From positions 1 to 57,306 of the forward strand of contig CAZFEF010000003.1 in the NCBI GenBank assembly GCA_964517555.1: 57,306 nt of DNA, in the 5' to 3' direction. This stretch comes from an uncultured Gammaproteobacteria bacterium. Lineage in GTDB: Bacteria > Patescibacteriota > Patescibacteriia > Patescibacteriales > UBA12465. The notes beneath the pieces are model-generated. The model was not told the DNA's origin. It was given only the letters and a program-made list of their open reading frames with translations, and searched no databases. The translations under genes were made by a program, and so were the position numbers. Of the stretch, positions 10,083 to 19,446 are shown piece by piece. How positions within the stretch are numbered: position 1 is the stretch's first letter; every line of letters starts with the position of its first letter.

Positions 10083-10403
10083 CTATTCTTTCAAGGCTTC
10101 TTGACGAACAATTTTTGTGATATCTTTTTCGATTTTCACTATCTTTAATCTAGTTTTAAAGAGGAGATAAAAGAGGACTAAGACGGCGATATAGAGCAAG
10201 TAGTTGATGCCGGCCCCAGATAGCCCCAGTTTAATTACTAATTGATCGATTAATTTCAAACTGGATATTGCTCCGGCGGCGATGATCCAAAAGATTAGCC
10301 AGAAACGGAATTCGTTCCGGTTTATTTTTTGTTTTTTCTTCTGGATGATCAAGCGGTAGACGAAGAAGATGATTATTAAGAGAGCGATGATTTGTTGCCA
10401 CAT
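10083..10403 (-). CDS. Small 3-helix membrane protein (DUF2304-like GT2 partner)
   Basis: 106 aa with three hydrophobic helices. Immediately downstream of, and tightly spaced with, a GT2 gene, which is the usual context of DUF2304 proteins. Confidence 0.5.
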   Translation of the reverse strand: MWQQIIALLIIIFFVYRLIIQKKKQKINRNEFRFWLIFWIIAAGAISSLKLIDQLVIKLGLSGAGINYLLYIAVLVLFYLLFKTRLKIVKIEKDITKIVRQEALKE

Positions 10404-10404
10404 A

Positions 10405-11070
10405 TTATTTGATGATATTTTTATAAATTAAATCTTTGATGATTCTTAGGCCACCACCGAAGTTTTGTCCGAAGCGATGGTAGATGACTTTGATTGGTAC
10501 TTCGGTTATCCGGTATTTATTTCGATGAGCTTTAATAATTATTTCGCTACAATGCGCCATGCCGTCGTTTTCGACAACCAACTCTTGTGCTACTTGGCGA
10601 TTGAAAGCCCGGAATCCACTTTGGGGATCGCTTAATTTTATTCCCCATAGCCAGCGGCTCAAGCAGCGAGCCATTGGCATAATAATCTTTCTTTTGCTCC
10701 AAGGTAATTTATTTTCGGCCGTTAGGAAGCGGGAGCCAAAAACTATATCGGCTTGATCAGCTAAAAGTGGGGCGCAAACTCCTGGGACGTCAGTAGCTAA
10801 GAATTGGCCGTCAGCATCAAAATGAACGATGATATCTGCTCCCAAATCCTTGGCTTTGCGGTTGCCGGTTTCTAAAGCGGCCCCTTGACCGCGGTTAGTT
10901 TTATGCCTGACCACTAAAGCCCCGGCTTTCTTAGCTAGTTCGCTGGTGTTATCCCCAGAACCGTCGTCGACTACGATAACCCACTCAGCCAAAGGTTTGA
11001 CTGAGCCAACTACGGTAGAGATAGACCTGGCTTCATTTAGAGCGGGAATAATGATCGCAATCCTTGCCAT
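10405..11070 (-). CDS. GT2 glycosyltransferase, polyprenyl-phosphate sugar synthase-like (DPM1/GtrB/ArnC type)
   Basis: IIIPALNEA, VVVDDGSGDNT and the DxD-type FDADGQ motif. Short, single-domain GT-A protein. Confidence 0.85.
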   Translation of the reverse strand: MARIAIIIPALNEARSISTVVGSVKPLAEWVIVVDDGSGDNTSELAKKAGALVVRHKTNRGQGAALETGNRKAKDLGADIIVHFDADGQFLATDVPGVCAPLLADQADIVFGSRFLTAENKLPWSKRKIIMPMARCLSRWLWGIKLSDPQSGFRAFNRQVAQELVVENDGMAHCSEIIIKAHRNKYRITEVPIKVIYHRFGQNFGGGLRIIKDLIYKNIIK

Positions 11071-11138
11071 AATATTATAAATATGGTGTTTTAGTGCTGG
11101 GATAGGTTAATTATATCACTATTTTATATTATTTTAAA

Positions 11139-11600
11139 ATGTATTATAATGAAAGGAGAAATTATTTATTTAACCTTTATTTTATGCTTTTGACTGGGAA
11201 GTTTGCCCATTATTTGTCAGTGAGTCGAACTAATTTTAAAATTGCGGTGAAGGCGGTTTGGGGGTTTGGCTATATTCGTCTTTACTTGCTTATTGCCGCG
11301 GTAGTTAACTTACTGGATTGGATCGGTTCCTGGTTGCTTTATCGAGCTATTGGGCCCAATTTAACTGTTTTGCATTATAATGTTGATTTTGGTATTGATT
11401 TGGTGGGTCAAAGGCAAAAATTATTTCTTAATCCCACCATTGGCCTGACATTTATCATTCTAGATTTTCTTTTTCTCTTGCTTTGGACCAAACAGAAAAA
11501 TTTAGGTTTTGTCGCTAACGTTTTATTGGTTTCGGCTATTTTGGTTAATGCTTTATTGCTATTAGCTCTTTTGGCTGTTTATCTGATTAATTTTCGCTAG
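11139..11600 (+). CDS. Hypothetical membrane protein upstream of mraY
   Basis: Three to four hydrophobic helices and no recognised motif. The start is uncertain, with alternative in-frame Met codons downstream. Confidence 0.5.
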   Translation: MYYNERRNYLFNLYFMLLTGKFAHYLSVSRTNFKIAVKAVWGFGYIRLYLLIAAVVNLLDWIGSWLLYRAIGPNLTVLHYNVDFGIDLVGQRQKLFLNPTIGLTFIILDFLFLLLWTKQKNLGFVANVLLVSAILVNALLLLALLAVYLINFR

Positions 11601-11605
11601 TCTCT

Positions 11606-12652
11606 ATGGATTTTTATATTATAAAAATTATTTTATTGTCTACAGCTGCTTTTGTTTTTACTATCCTTTGGACACCGCTTCTGACTAATTTCTTGTATAA
11701 ATACAAGATGGGCAAGCGGATTAGGAATAATGGGAGTACGCCGATATTCAGCCAACTACATGCTCATAAGGCCGGAACGCCGACTATGGGAGGATTATTG
11801 GTGTGGGTGACTCTCTTGTTTTTTATTTTAATCTTATATTTAGCCAACCGCTTTGTTGATTGTCCGATCTTGTGTCAGATGAATTTTTTGACCAAAAAAG
11901 AAACTTTATTACCGCTGATCGCCTTGGTGGCTTCGGCTATTATTGGCTTGTTTGATGATTGGTTAGATGTCCGTGGTCGGGGTGAGAAGGGCGGTGGCGG
12001 ACTGAGAATGAAACATCGTTTGTTGATTTATACTATCATTGCCATTATCGGCGCCCTGTGGTTTTATTTGAAATTAGATTGGACAGTATTGCACATTCCT
12101 TTCTTGGGTAATTTTGAAATCGGTTGGTGGTATATTCCAATTTTTATTTTAGTGATTGTGTCCACTTCTTTTTCAGTTAATGAAACTGATGGATTGGATG
12201 GTCTGGCCGGCGGTACGCTCTTGATGTCTTATGCGGCTTATGGCATCATCGCTTTTTCCATGGGGCGTTATGATCTGGCCGCTTTTTGCGGAGTGATTAT
12301 CGGCGCCTTGATCGCTTTTTTATGGTTTAATATTGCTCCGGCCCGGTTTTATCTGGGGGATACTGGCTCTATGAGTTTGGGCGTTACCTTGGGGGTGATT
12401 GCGATGTTAACCAACAACATGTTCATTCTGCCGATTATCGGCTTAGTGTTTGTAATCGAGTCAGCTTCGGTTATCATTCAGATAATTTCTAAAAAAGTCA
12501 GGCACAAGAAAGTTTTTCTCTCCAGCCCCTTGCATAATCATTTGCAAGCTGTCGGTTGGCCAGAGACTAAGATAGTGATGCGCTTGTGGTTGATTGCCGC
12601 GGTTTGCGCCGCTGTTGGCTTAATGATTTTCTTATTGGATAAACATCTTTAA
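11606..12652 (+). CDS. mraY: Phospho-N-acetylmuramoyl-pentapeptide transferase
   Basis: NETDGLDGLAGG and GDTGSMSLG motifs, and a 10-TM-like profile. Confidence 0.95.
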   Translation: MDFYIIKIILLSTAAFVFTILWTPLLTNFLYKYKMGKRIRNNGSTPIFSQLHAHKAGTPTMGGLLVWVTLLFFILILYLANRFVDCPILCQMNFLTKKETLLPLIALVASAIIGLFDDWLDVRGRGEKGGGGLRMKHRLLIYTIIAIIGALWFYLKLDWTVLHIPFLGNFEIGWWYIPIFILVIVSTSFSVNETDGLDGLAGGTLLMSYAAYGIIAFSMGRYDLAAFCGVIIGALIAFLWFNIAPARFYLGDTGSMSLGVTLGVIAMLTNNMFILPIIGLVFVIESASVIIQIISKKVRHKKVFLSSPLHNHLQAVGWPETKIVMRLWLIAAVCAAVGLMIFLLDKHL

Positions 12653-12655
12653 TTT

Positions 12656-13786
12656 ATGGTCTGGCAAGGCAAGGCGATGGTTCATGCCAAAATCAAACAG
12701 TCAGTCGACAAGAAGCTCGTTATCACCATAATTGGGCTTCTTGTTTTCGGTTTTATCATGTTGTTTAGCGCTTCTTCAGTGGCCGGCTATATCAAGGGTG
12801 GGAGTAGCCTTTATTTCTTAAAACATCAGTTATTGGGTTTAATCGCCGGAGGCATTGCTTTTGCCATTCTGTTTCGAATCGATTATCATCGTTTTAAGTC
12901 TCTAGCTATTTATGCCTTGATCGCTTCCTTTTTATTATTGCTCCTGGTTTTTATTCCTGGCTTAGGAGCAGGGTATAATAAGGCTAATAACTGGATCAAT
13001 CTTTTTGGCTTTTCTTTCCAACCCTCGGAATTGGTTAAGCTAACTTTTCTGGTGTATTTAGCTGCTTGGCTAGAGGTTAAGGCGGATAGGATAAACAGTT
13101 TTTCGGAAAGTATCGGTCCGATGTTGATTATCATCGCGGGCATTGCTTTCTTGATGTTGAAACAACCAGATCTAGGGACTTTATCTATTATTTTAGGCAG
13201 TTCTTTTGTGGTTTATTTTGTGGCTGGAATTAAATGGCGTTATGTAGTAATAGTAGCGGCTGTTTGTTTAGTGGGGCTATTGGTGTTGCTCAATCTAAAG
13301 AGCAATAAGATGGAGAGAATCGAGTGTTTCAAAAATCCAGAAATTAATTCTGGCGGGCAATGTTATCAGATCAATCAATCATTGATCGCTATCGGTTCCG
13401 GTGGTTTTTGGGGGCGAGGATTAGGGGAGAGTCGGCAGAAGTTTATGTATTTACCCGAGGTTTGGAGTGATTCCATTTTTGCCGCTATTGCCGAGGAAGT
13501 TGGTTTCTTGTTTAGTTTGGGACTCATTGCCGCTTATTTTTTTCTCGCCTATCGGGGATTGATGATTGCTTCGCAGGCTCCAGATTTATTTGGTCGTTAT
13601 TTAGCTACGGGAATTTCCGCTTGGGTGATTATTCAAGCTATATTAAATATCGGCGGAGCTATTAATTTTATTCCTATGACTGGTGTCCCTTTGCCTTTTG
13701 TTAGTTCTGGCGGATCAGCTTTAATTGCTCTTTTAGCGGCCATGGGAGTCTTGGCTAATATCAGTCGGCAAGTAGTAAAACATTAA
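12656..13786 (+). CDS. ftsW: SEDS-family peptidoglycan glycosyltransferase (FtsW/RodA)
   Basis: PSELVKL, SDSIFAAIAEEVGF and PLPFVSSGGSA motifs. Positioned between mraY and murG. Confidence 0.92.
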   Translation: MVWQGKAMVHAKIKQSVDKKLVITIIGLLVFGFIMLFSASSVAGYIKGGSSLYFLKHQLLGLIAGGIAFAILFRIDYHRFKSLAIYALIASFLLLLLVFIPGLGAGYNKANNWINLFGFSFQPSELVKLTFLVYLAAWLEVKADRINSFSESIGPMLIIIAGIAFLMLKQPDLGTLSIILGSSFVVYFVAGIKWRYVVIVAAVCLVGLLVLLNLKSNKMERIECFKNPEINSGGQCYQINQSLIAIGSGGFWGRGLGESRQKFMYLPEVWSDSIFAAIAEEVGFLFSLGLIAAYFFLAYRGLMIASQAPDLFGRYLATGISAWVIIQAILNIGGAINFIPMTGVPLPFVSSGGSALIALLAAMGVLANISRQVVKH

Positions 13787-13788
13787 TT

Positions 13789-14859
13789 ATGAAAAACAAT
13801 TCACCTAAACTAATCATTCTTTCTGGCGGCGGGACCGGGGGTTCGGTGACTCCGCTTCTAGCTTTAGCCGAATATTTGCGTCGAGAGGATCAATCTTGTC
13901 GTTTTCTATTCTTAGGCACTCACCGAGGCCCAGAAAGGGGTTTGGTGGTGGCTGAGGGTTTGGAGTTTAGATCTATGTTGAGCGGCAAGTGGCGCCGTTA
14001 CTTTTCCTGGTTGAACTTTTTAGATATTTTTTTAATCTTTTTAGCTTTCTGGCAATCATTCTATTGGCTTATCCGCTATCGACCAGCGCTCATAATTTCG
14101 GCCGGTTCCTTTGTTAGCGTTCCCTTGGTCTGGGCCGGGAGAATTATGGGGATTAAATCAGTTATTCATCAGCAAGATTGGCGAGCTGGGTTGGCAAACA
14201 AGTTAATGGCCAAGGCCGCTGCCAAAATCACAGTTACTTTTGAAAAGTCTCTAGCTGATTATGGTCCGGTCGCGGTTTGGATTGGCAATCCGATTAAAGA
14301 AGTTGATGCGCCGACTTTACGCTCGTGGCAAAAGGAAGTAATGGAAAAGTATCATTTGACCGATACTAGCCAACTAATTTTAATTATCGGTGGTGGTACT
14401 GGTTCACTTTTTCTAAATCGCCTGGGGGCTTCTAGTCAGAGAGGGTTGGCGGCCCTGGGTCAAATAATTCACGTTTCCGGTCAAGACAAGGAATTAAAAG
14501 CGGTTGCTAATTATCAGGTTTTTCCTATTCTACCTCATCGAGAACTGCTAGCCTTGGAATCTTTGGCTAAAGTGATTGTTTCTCGTTGCGGCCTAGGAGC
14601 CTTAACTGAAATATGTTATTTTAGAAAACCAGCTATTTTAGTGCCGATGCCGCAGTCTCATCAAGAGGATAATGCTCGCTATTTTGCTGCTCAGTCGGCG
14701 GCCTTGGTTTTGTCAGAAGCGAATTTAACGCCAGCTGTTTTTGTTGACAGTGTCAAGAAAATGTTAGAGGAGGGGAATAAGTATGCGGCTAACCTGGGAA
14801 AAATCATGAAGCCCGGGGCCGTATCCCGATTGGCCCAAATTGTTAAAGAATTATTATGA
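13789..14859 (+). CDS. murG: UDP-GlcNAc:lipid I GlcNAc transferase
   Basis: N-terminal SGGGTGGSVTPLLALAE glycine loop. GT28 layout and dcw context. Confidence 0.92.
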   Translation: MKNNSPKLIILSGGGTGGSVTPLLALAEYLRREDQSCRFLFLGTHRGPERGLVVAEGLEFRSMLSGKWRRYFSWLNFLDIFLIFLAFWQSFYWLIRYRPALIISAGSFVSVPLVWAGRIMGIKSVIHQQDWRAGLANKLMAKAAAKITVTFEKSLADYGPVAVWIGNPIKEVDAPTLRSWQKEVMEKYHLTDTSQLILIIGGGTGSLFLNRLGASSQRGLAALGQIIHVSGQDKELKAVANYQVFPILPHRELLALESLAKVIVSRCGLGALTEICYFRKPAILVPMPQSHQEDNARYFAAQSAALVLSEANLTPAVFVDSVKKMLEEGNKYAANLGKIMKPGAVSRLAQIVKELL

Positions 14860-16247
14860 AGAAAAATATAGATTTTAAATCAGCTTATTTTATCGGCATC
14901 AAAGGGGTGGGCATGACTATGTTGGCTCAATTTTTGGCTAGCCGAGGAGTTAAGATTAGTGGTTCTGATGTTTTAGAAACCTTCATGACTGATCAAGTTT
15001 TGAAAAAAAATAAAATTAAGGTTTCTTCTCCTTTTTCTCTGGCTAATTTACCAAATCAAGTTGATCTATTTGTCCATTCCTCGGCTTATACTGCAGAAAA
15101 CAATATTGAAGTCAAAGAGCTTAAGTCACGCGGAGCCAAGCTGTATTCCTATGCTGAAGCTCTAGGGCAAATTTTTAATTTATACCAAGGAATAGCTGTT
15201 TGCGGCAGTCATGGCAAGACCACTACCTCGGCCTGGTTGGGGTATGTATTGCAAGCGGCTAAAAAAAGCCCCAATGTTCTAGTGGGGGCTAGGGTGCCTC
15301 AGTTTCAGGGCAATGCCTTGATTGGAAAGTCGTCATTAATGATTGCCGAGGTTGATGAATATCAAAACAAGCTACAATATTTTCAACCCCAAGGAGTGCT
15401 ATTGAGCAATATTGATTATGACCATCCTGATTTTTTCAAAACAGAAGCGGCCTATCAGCTGGTGTTTGCTGAATTTATCAAGAAGATTCCTCGTGCCGGT
15501 TTTCTAGTAGCCAACTATGACGATCCTTTAGTCAAAAAAATGGTTAAGGATAATCGAGGGCAGACTATTAGTTACAGCTTGAAGGATAAGCGAGCCGATT
15601 ATTATGCTACTGATTTAAAGATTGAACGAGGGCGACAAGTTTTTTCAGTTTTTTATCGCGGCCGTTTATTCGGTCAGGTCAAAACTGTTTTAGCCGGAGA
15701 GCATAATGTCTATAACGCTTTGGCTACCATGGCCGCCGCTTTGAAATTGGGAGTAAAAAAATCGGAGGTATTAAGAGCGATTGGTAAATTTAAGGGAGCG
15801 GCTCGAAGATTAGAGGTTTTAGGGAAATATCGAGGAGTGGAAATTATTGATGATTATGGCCACCATCCCACCGAAGTTCAGGCGACTCTTTCGGCCCTGA
15901 AAAATCTTTATCCCAAGCGACGCCTAGTAGTTCTGTTTCATCCTCACACTTTTACCCGTACTAAAGCTTTGTTCTCGGCTTTTAGTTCCAGTTTTTTTCA
16001 GGCTGATTCAGTCTTGTTGTTGGATATCTACGGCTCGGCCAGGGAAAAGCAGGGCGGGGTATCAGCTGTTAAGCTGGCCAAGGCCATTGGTAGCCGAAGC
16101 CGAGTGGAGACTAAATATATTGGTAGCTTAATAGCGGCGGAAAAATATTTACGGCAAAATTTAAAGCCGAATGATTTATTGTTACTCCTGGGGGCCGGCG
16201 ATGTTTTTCGGGTCGGACAGTCATTGATTTATGGAAAAAGAAAATAA
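14856..16247 (+). CDS. murC: UDP-N-acetylmuramate--L-alanine ligase
   Basis: GIKGVGMTMLAQFL and the Mur ligase P-loop GSHGKTTTSAW. Its ATG overlaps the murG stop in an ATGA motif. Confidence 0.94.
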   Translation: MKKNIDFKSAYFIGIKGVGMTMLAQFLASRGVKISGSDVLETFMTDQVLKKNKIKVSSPFSLANLPNQVDLFVHSSAYTAENNIEVKELKSRGAKLYSYAEALGQIFNLYQGIAVCGSHGKTTTSAWLGYVLQAAKKSPNVLVGARVPQFQGNALIGKSSLMIAEVDEYQNKLQYFQPQGVLLSNIDYDHPDFFKTEAAYQLVFAEFIKKIPRAGFLVANYDDPLVKKMVKDNRGQTISYSLKDKRADYYATDLKIERGRQVFSVFYRGRLFGQVKTVLAGEHNVYNALATMAAALKLGVKKSEVLRAIGKFKGAARRLEVLGKYRGVEIIDDYGHHPTEVQATLSALKNLYPKRRLVVLFHPHTFTRTKALFSAFSSSFFQADSVLLLDIYGSAREKQGGVSAVKLAKAIGSRSRVETKYIGSLIAAEKYLRQNLKPNDLLLLLGAGDVFRVGQSLIYGKRK

Positions 16248-18006
16248 TAAGTTAAGTAATTCTCAATATTGGCGCAATCTTTGGCGCCTGATCACCCCGA
16301 TTCGCGGTCGTCTGTCGGGTATCTTGATATTGGTAATTTTGAGTACTTTGCTGGGAGCTTTGAAGCCCTATACTTTGAAATTGATTATCGATCAATTGGC
16401 AGAAATGGGAATTCAGGATTGGAATTGGCTGCTTCTGTGGGTAATGTTATTCTGGGGAGCCGATGTTCTTCGCACTACTCTGCAATATTTTCAAAGAAGA
16501 TCATTGCTTAAAGTATTGGTGGAATTGGAGTATTTTTTGCCGATTAAAGCTCATGAAAAGTTATTACAGCTTAATTTGGCTTATCACGAACGAGAAAATA
16601 CCGGCAACAAGATTATTAAGATTGAGAAAGGTGTCTACAAAATATCAGATTTGCTGGGCAACACTTTTTATGAAGTTTTGCCAACTGTCATTCAGTTGAT
16701 TATTACGACGATAATTTTGGCAGTGGTGGATTATCGTTTCGCTCTCGGTTTTCTGATCTTTTCCGTTCCGTTTGTAATTATCACCTATATTTTTAATGCT
16801 CAATTATATCCTGTCCGCCGGGCGCGCTACCGTCTTTATGAAAAGGCTTCCGGCAAAATTGCCCAGGCTGTCATGAATATTAATGCTGTCCAGTCCTTTG
16901 TGCAGGAACGACGAGAGCTGAAAGATTTAGGAACGATTAAGACTGATATCAGGAAAAAAGAGGATCGGGAATGGCTAACGGTCAACCGTTTGAATTTGGG
17001 GCGCAATTCTTTAATTGACATCGGTCGCGCCGTAGTTTTATTATTGGGAGCATATTTGGTTTTTGGTGGCGATATTACTTTGGGTACTTTGGTATTTGTT
17101 ATGAGTTTAAGTGAAAGTGCTTATAGCTCATTGTATCGCTTGAGCCATTTCTATGATTTAATCGCCGAAGGCCGGGAAGGTGTTTCGCGCTTGCAAGAAT
17201 TAATTGATCAAGAACCGGAAATTAAGAATCCAGAATTTGGCAAGAAGCCGCGGAGTATAAGCGGTGCTGTGGAATTCAAGAGGGTCGGTTTTAATTACCA
17301 GGAGAATAGTTCGGCGGTCTTGAGGAATGTTAATTTAAAGATTGCCGCCGGCGCCGTGACCGCCTTGGTTGGTCCTTCTGGATCCGGAAAAACGACCATC
17401 GCTCGTTTAATTTATCGTCACTATGACCCCACCACTGGGCAGGTTTTAATCGACGGACAAGATTTAAAGAACCTAGATCTGTATAATTATCGCCGTTTCT
17501 TGGCCATTGTCCCGCAAGAGGTGGAGATTTTTGATTTAAGTATTAAGGATAATATTGCCTATGCCAATCCTCGGGCTAACTTGAAAGCAATTAAGGCGGC
17601 TGCTAAGATGGCCAATGCCGAAGAGTTCATCTTGAAGTTGGATGAAGGGTATAACACTATGGTGGGGGAGAGGGGGGTAAAATTATCCGGCGGTCAAAGA
17701 CAGCGGCTGGGTATTGCCCGAGCTATTTTAGCTAATCCCCAGATATTGATTTTCGATGAAGCTACTTCTAGTTTAGACAGTTATAGCGAAATGTTAATTC
17801 AAGAAGCTATTGAACGGGTAAGACAACGACGCACCATGATTATTATCGCTCACCGGCTTTCAACTATCAGGCGGGCCGACAAGATTGTGGTGTTAGAGAA
17901 CGGCAGGATTGCGGAAGAGGGTAATCACTTAGAATTGTCGCGCCGAGGGGGCTTATATCGAAAATTGTTAGATCTTCAAGCTTCGGGCGAGATAGTTAAT
18001 AAATAA
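16231..18006 (+). CDS. ABC exporter half-transporter (fused TMD-NBD, MsbA-like)
   Basis: Six N-terminal helices. Walker A GPSGSGKTT, signature LSGGQRQR, Walker B ILIFDEATSSLD. Overlaps the murC 3' end by 17 nt. Confidence 0.92.
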   Translation: MEKENNKLSNSQYWRNLWRLITPIRGRLSGILILVILSTLLGALKPYTLKLIIDQLAEMGIQDWNWLLLWVMLFWGADVLRTTLQYFQRRSLLKVLVELEYFLPIKAHEKLLQLNLAYHERENTGNKIIKIEKGVYKISDLLGNTFYEVLPTVIQLIITTIILAVVDYRFALGFLIFSVPFVIITYIFNAQLYPVRRARYRLYEKASGKIAQAVMNINAVQSFVQERRELKDLGTIKTDIRKKEDREWLTVNRLNLGRNSLIDIGRAVVLLLGAYLVFGGDITLGTLVFVMSLSESAYSSLYRLSHFYDLIAEGREGVSRLQELIDQEPEIKNPEFGKKPRSISGAVEFKRVGFNYQENSSAVLRNVNLKIAAGAVTALVGPSGSGKTTIARLIYRHYDPTTGQVLIDGQDLKNLDLYNYRRFLAIVPQEVEIFDLSIKDNIAYANPRANLKAIKAAAKMANAEEFILKLDEGYNTMVGERGVKLSGGQRQRLGIARAILANPQILIFDEATSSLDSYSEMLIQEAIERVRQRRTMIIIAHRLSTIRRADKIVVLENGRIAEEGNHLELSRRGGLYRKLLDLQASGEIVNK

Positions 18007-18008
18007 AT

Positions 18009-19028
18009 ATGGAGAATATCAAAGAAAATATTAATTTAAGTGAGTATACTACTTTGCGAATCGGCGGACCGGCACGATATTTTGTAATTATCAGTGATTT
18101 AGATGAATTGCGCCAGGCGATTTCTTTCGCCAGAGAGCGATCCTTACCGTTTCTGATATTGGGCCGGGGAGCTAATATGTTAATTAGCGATGCCGGTTTT
18201 CCCGGCTTAGTGATTAAAAATGAGATCAAGGGACGAAAAATAATTTCCCAAGACGAAAGCCGAGTAGTTTTAGAAGTTGCTGGCGGTGAAGATTGGCCAG
18301 ATTTAGTTAGCTATACTGTGAGCCAGAAGTGGTATGGGTTGGAAAATTTAGCTTCTATTCCTGGTACGGTCGGTGCGGCGCCGGTTCAGAATATTGGCGC
18401 CTATGGCGTGGAGCTCAAAGACCATTGTTTGTCAGTGACCTATATTGATCTGAGCGACCCAGAGTTAGCAGTGTCTGCTAAGACGACGGCTGATTGTTGC
18501 TTTGCTTATCGCGATAGTTTTTTTAAACAAGCCGGCCAAGGCCGTTATTTTATCTTGGGGGTTACCCTTTCTCTGGATCGATATTTTAGTCCGAAGATAG
18601 AATATGGGGCTATTAAGGATTTTTTACTTGGAAAAGAAATAACCGCAGAGAATGTTTATCAAGCCGTAGTTTCTATTCGCTCTACTAAACTGCCTGATCC
18701 GGCAGTTCTAGCTAGTGCTGGTTCTTTTTTTAAAAACATTGAATTATCCCCAGCAGAATTTGCTCCGATCTTAGAGAAATATCCGGAAATAAAGTATTTT
18801 GATAATAATGGCCAGATTAAGATACCTACTGCCTGGCTCATTGAGCAATGTGGCTTCAAAGGGTTTAGGGAGGGCAACGTTGGCGTTCATATTAATCAGC
18901 CGCTAGTGTTAGTTAATTATGGTGGCGCTACTCAGGCTGAGCTTTGGTCGCTAGTACAACGAATTGTTAATAAAGTCAAGGAAGAGTTTGGTCTAATATT
19001 GGAGCCGGAGGTTAATTTGATAAAATAG
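18009..19028 (+). CDS. murB: UDP-N-acetylenolpyruvoylglucosamine reductase
   Basis: TTLRIGGPARYF and GRGANMLISD FAD-binding motifs, and the C-terminal MurB domain. Confidence 0.93.
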   Translation: MENIKENINLSEYTTLRIGGPARYFVIISDLDELRQAISFARERSLPFLILGRGANMLISDAGFPGLVIKNEIKGRKIISQDESRVVLEVAGGEDWPDLVSYTVSQKWYGLENLASIPGTVGAAPVQNIGAYGVELKDHCLSVTYIDLSDPELAVSAKTTADCCFAYRDSFFKQAGQGRYFILGVTLSLDRYFSPKIEYGAIKDFLLGKEITAENVYQAVVSIRSTKLPDPAVLASAGSFFKNIELSPAEFAPILEKYPEIKYFDNNGQIKIPTAWLIEQCGFKGFREGNVGVHINQPLVLVNYGGATQAELWSLVQRIVNKVKEEFGLILEPEVNLIK

Positions 19029-19049
19029 CCGCAAATCATATTTTTCCCC

Positions 19050-19078
19050 TTGACAAGAATAGGGCGCTTGGCTATAAT
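19050..19078 (+). promoter_or_regulatory. Consensus sigma70 promoter upstream of infA
   Basis: TTGACA (19050-19055), 17-nt spacer, TATAAT (19073-19078). Confidence 0.7.
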
Positions 19079-19140
19079 GAAGGCATTATTAGAAATTTGT
19101 ATAAAAAGATTTATTTTTTAGATATTTGATAAGGCTACGG

Positions 19141-19162
19141 GCATAGTTAGCCTATGCTTTTT
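19141..19162 (+). terminator. Terminator-like hairpin in the infA leader (possible attenuator)
   Basis: GCATAG-ttagc-CTATGC followed by TTTTT. It lies between the consensus promoter and the infA ATG. Confidence 0.45.
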
Positions 19163-19189
19163 AAGTCTTTATCAATTTTTTTTGCTTTA

Positions 19190-19429
19190 ATGTCTAAAGC
19201 TGACAATCAAAACATTGATTCCAAGAATTTTATCGAAACCGAAGGTGAGGTTTTGGAATTGATGCCGGCCGCTACTTTTAAGGTATCCCTGGATAGCGGT
19301 CATGAAATTTTAGCCCATTTATCTGGCAAGATGCGGATGAATAAGATCAAGTTATTGCCCGGAGATCGGGTCAGAGTCGAAATGAGCCCTTATGACTTAA
19401 CTAAGGGGCGAGTAACCTATCGTCTTTAA
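19190..19429 (+). CDS. infA: Translation initiation factor IF-1
   Basis: S1-like OB motif [61 protein letters not shown]. The track start at 19154 lies inside the leader hairpin, so ATG 19190 is preferred. Confidence 0.93.
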   Translation: MSKADNQNIDSKNFIETEGEVLELMPAATFKVSLDSGHEILAHLSGKMRMNKIKLLPGDRVRVEMSPYDLTKGRVTYRL

Positions 19430-19446
19430 ACTTTAATTTATTATCT

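Noticed and set aside
14856-14859. Alternative genetic code (UGA as a sense codon, as in some candidate phyla)
   Set aside because: TGA terminates well-defined genes, such as the murG stop in ATGA and the comEC stop in the terminator loop. RF2 is present, and no conserved protein shows an in-frame TGA.
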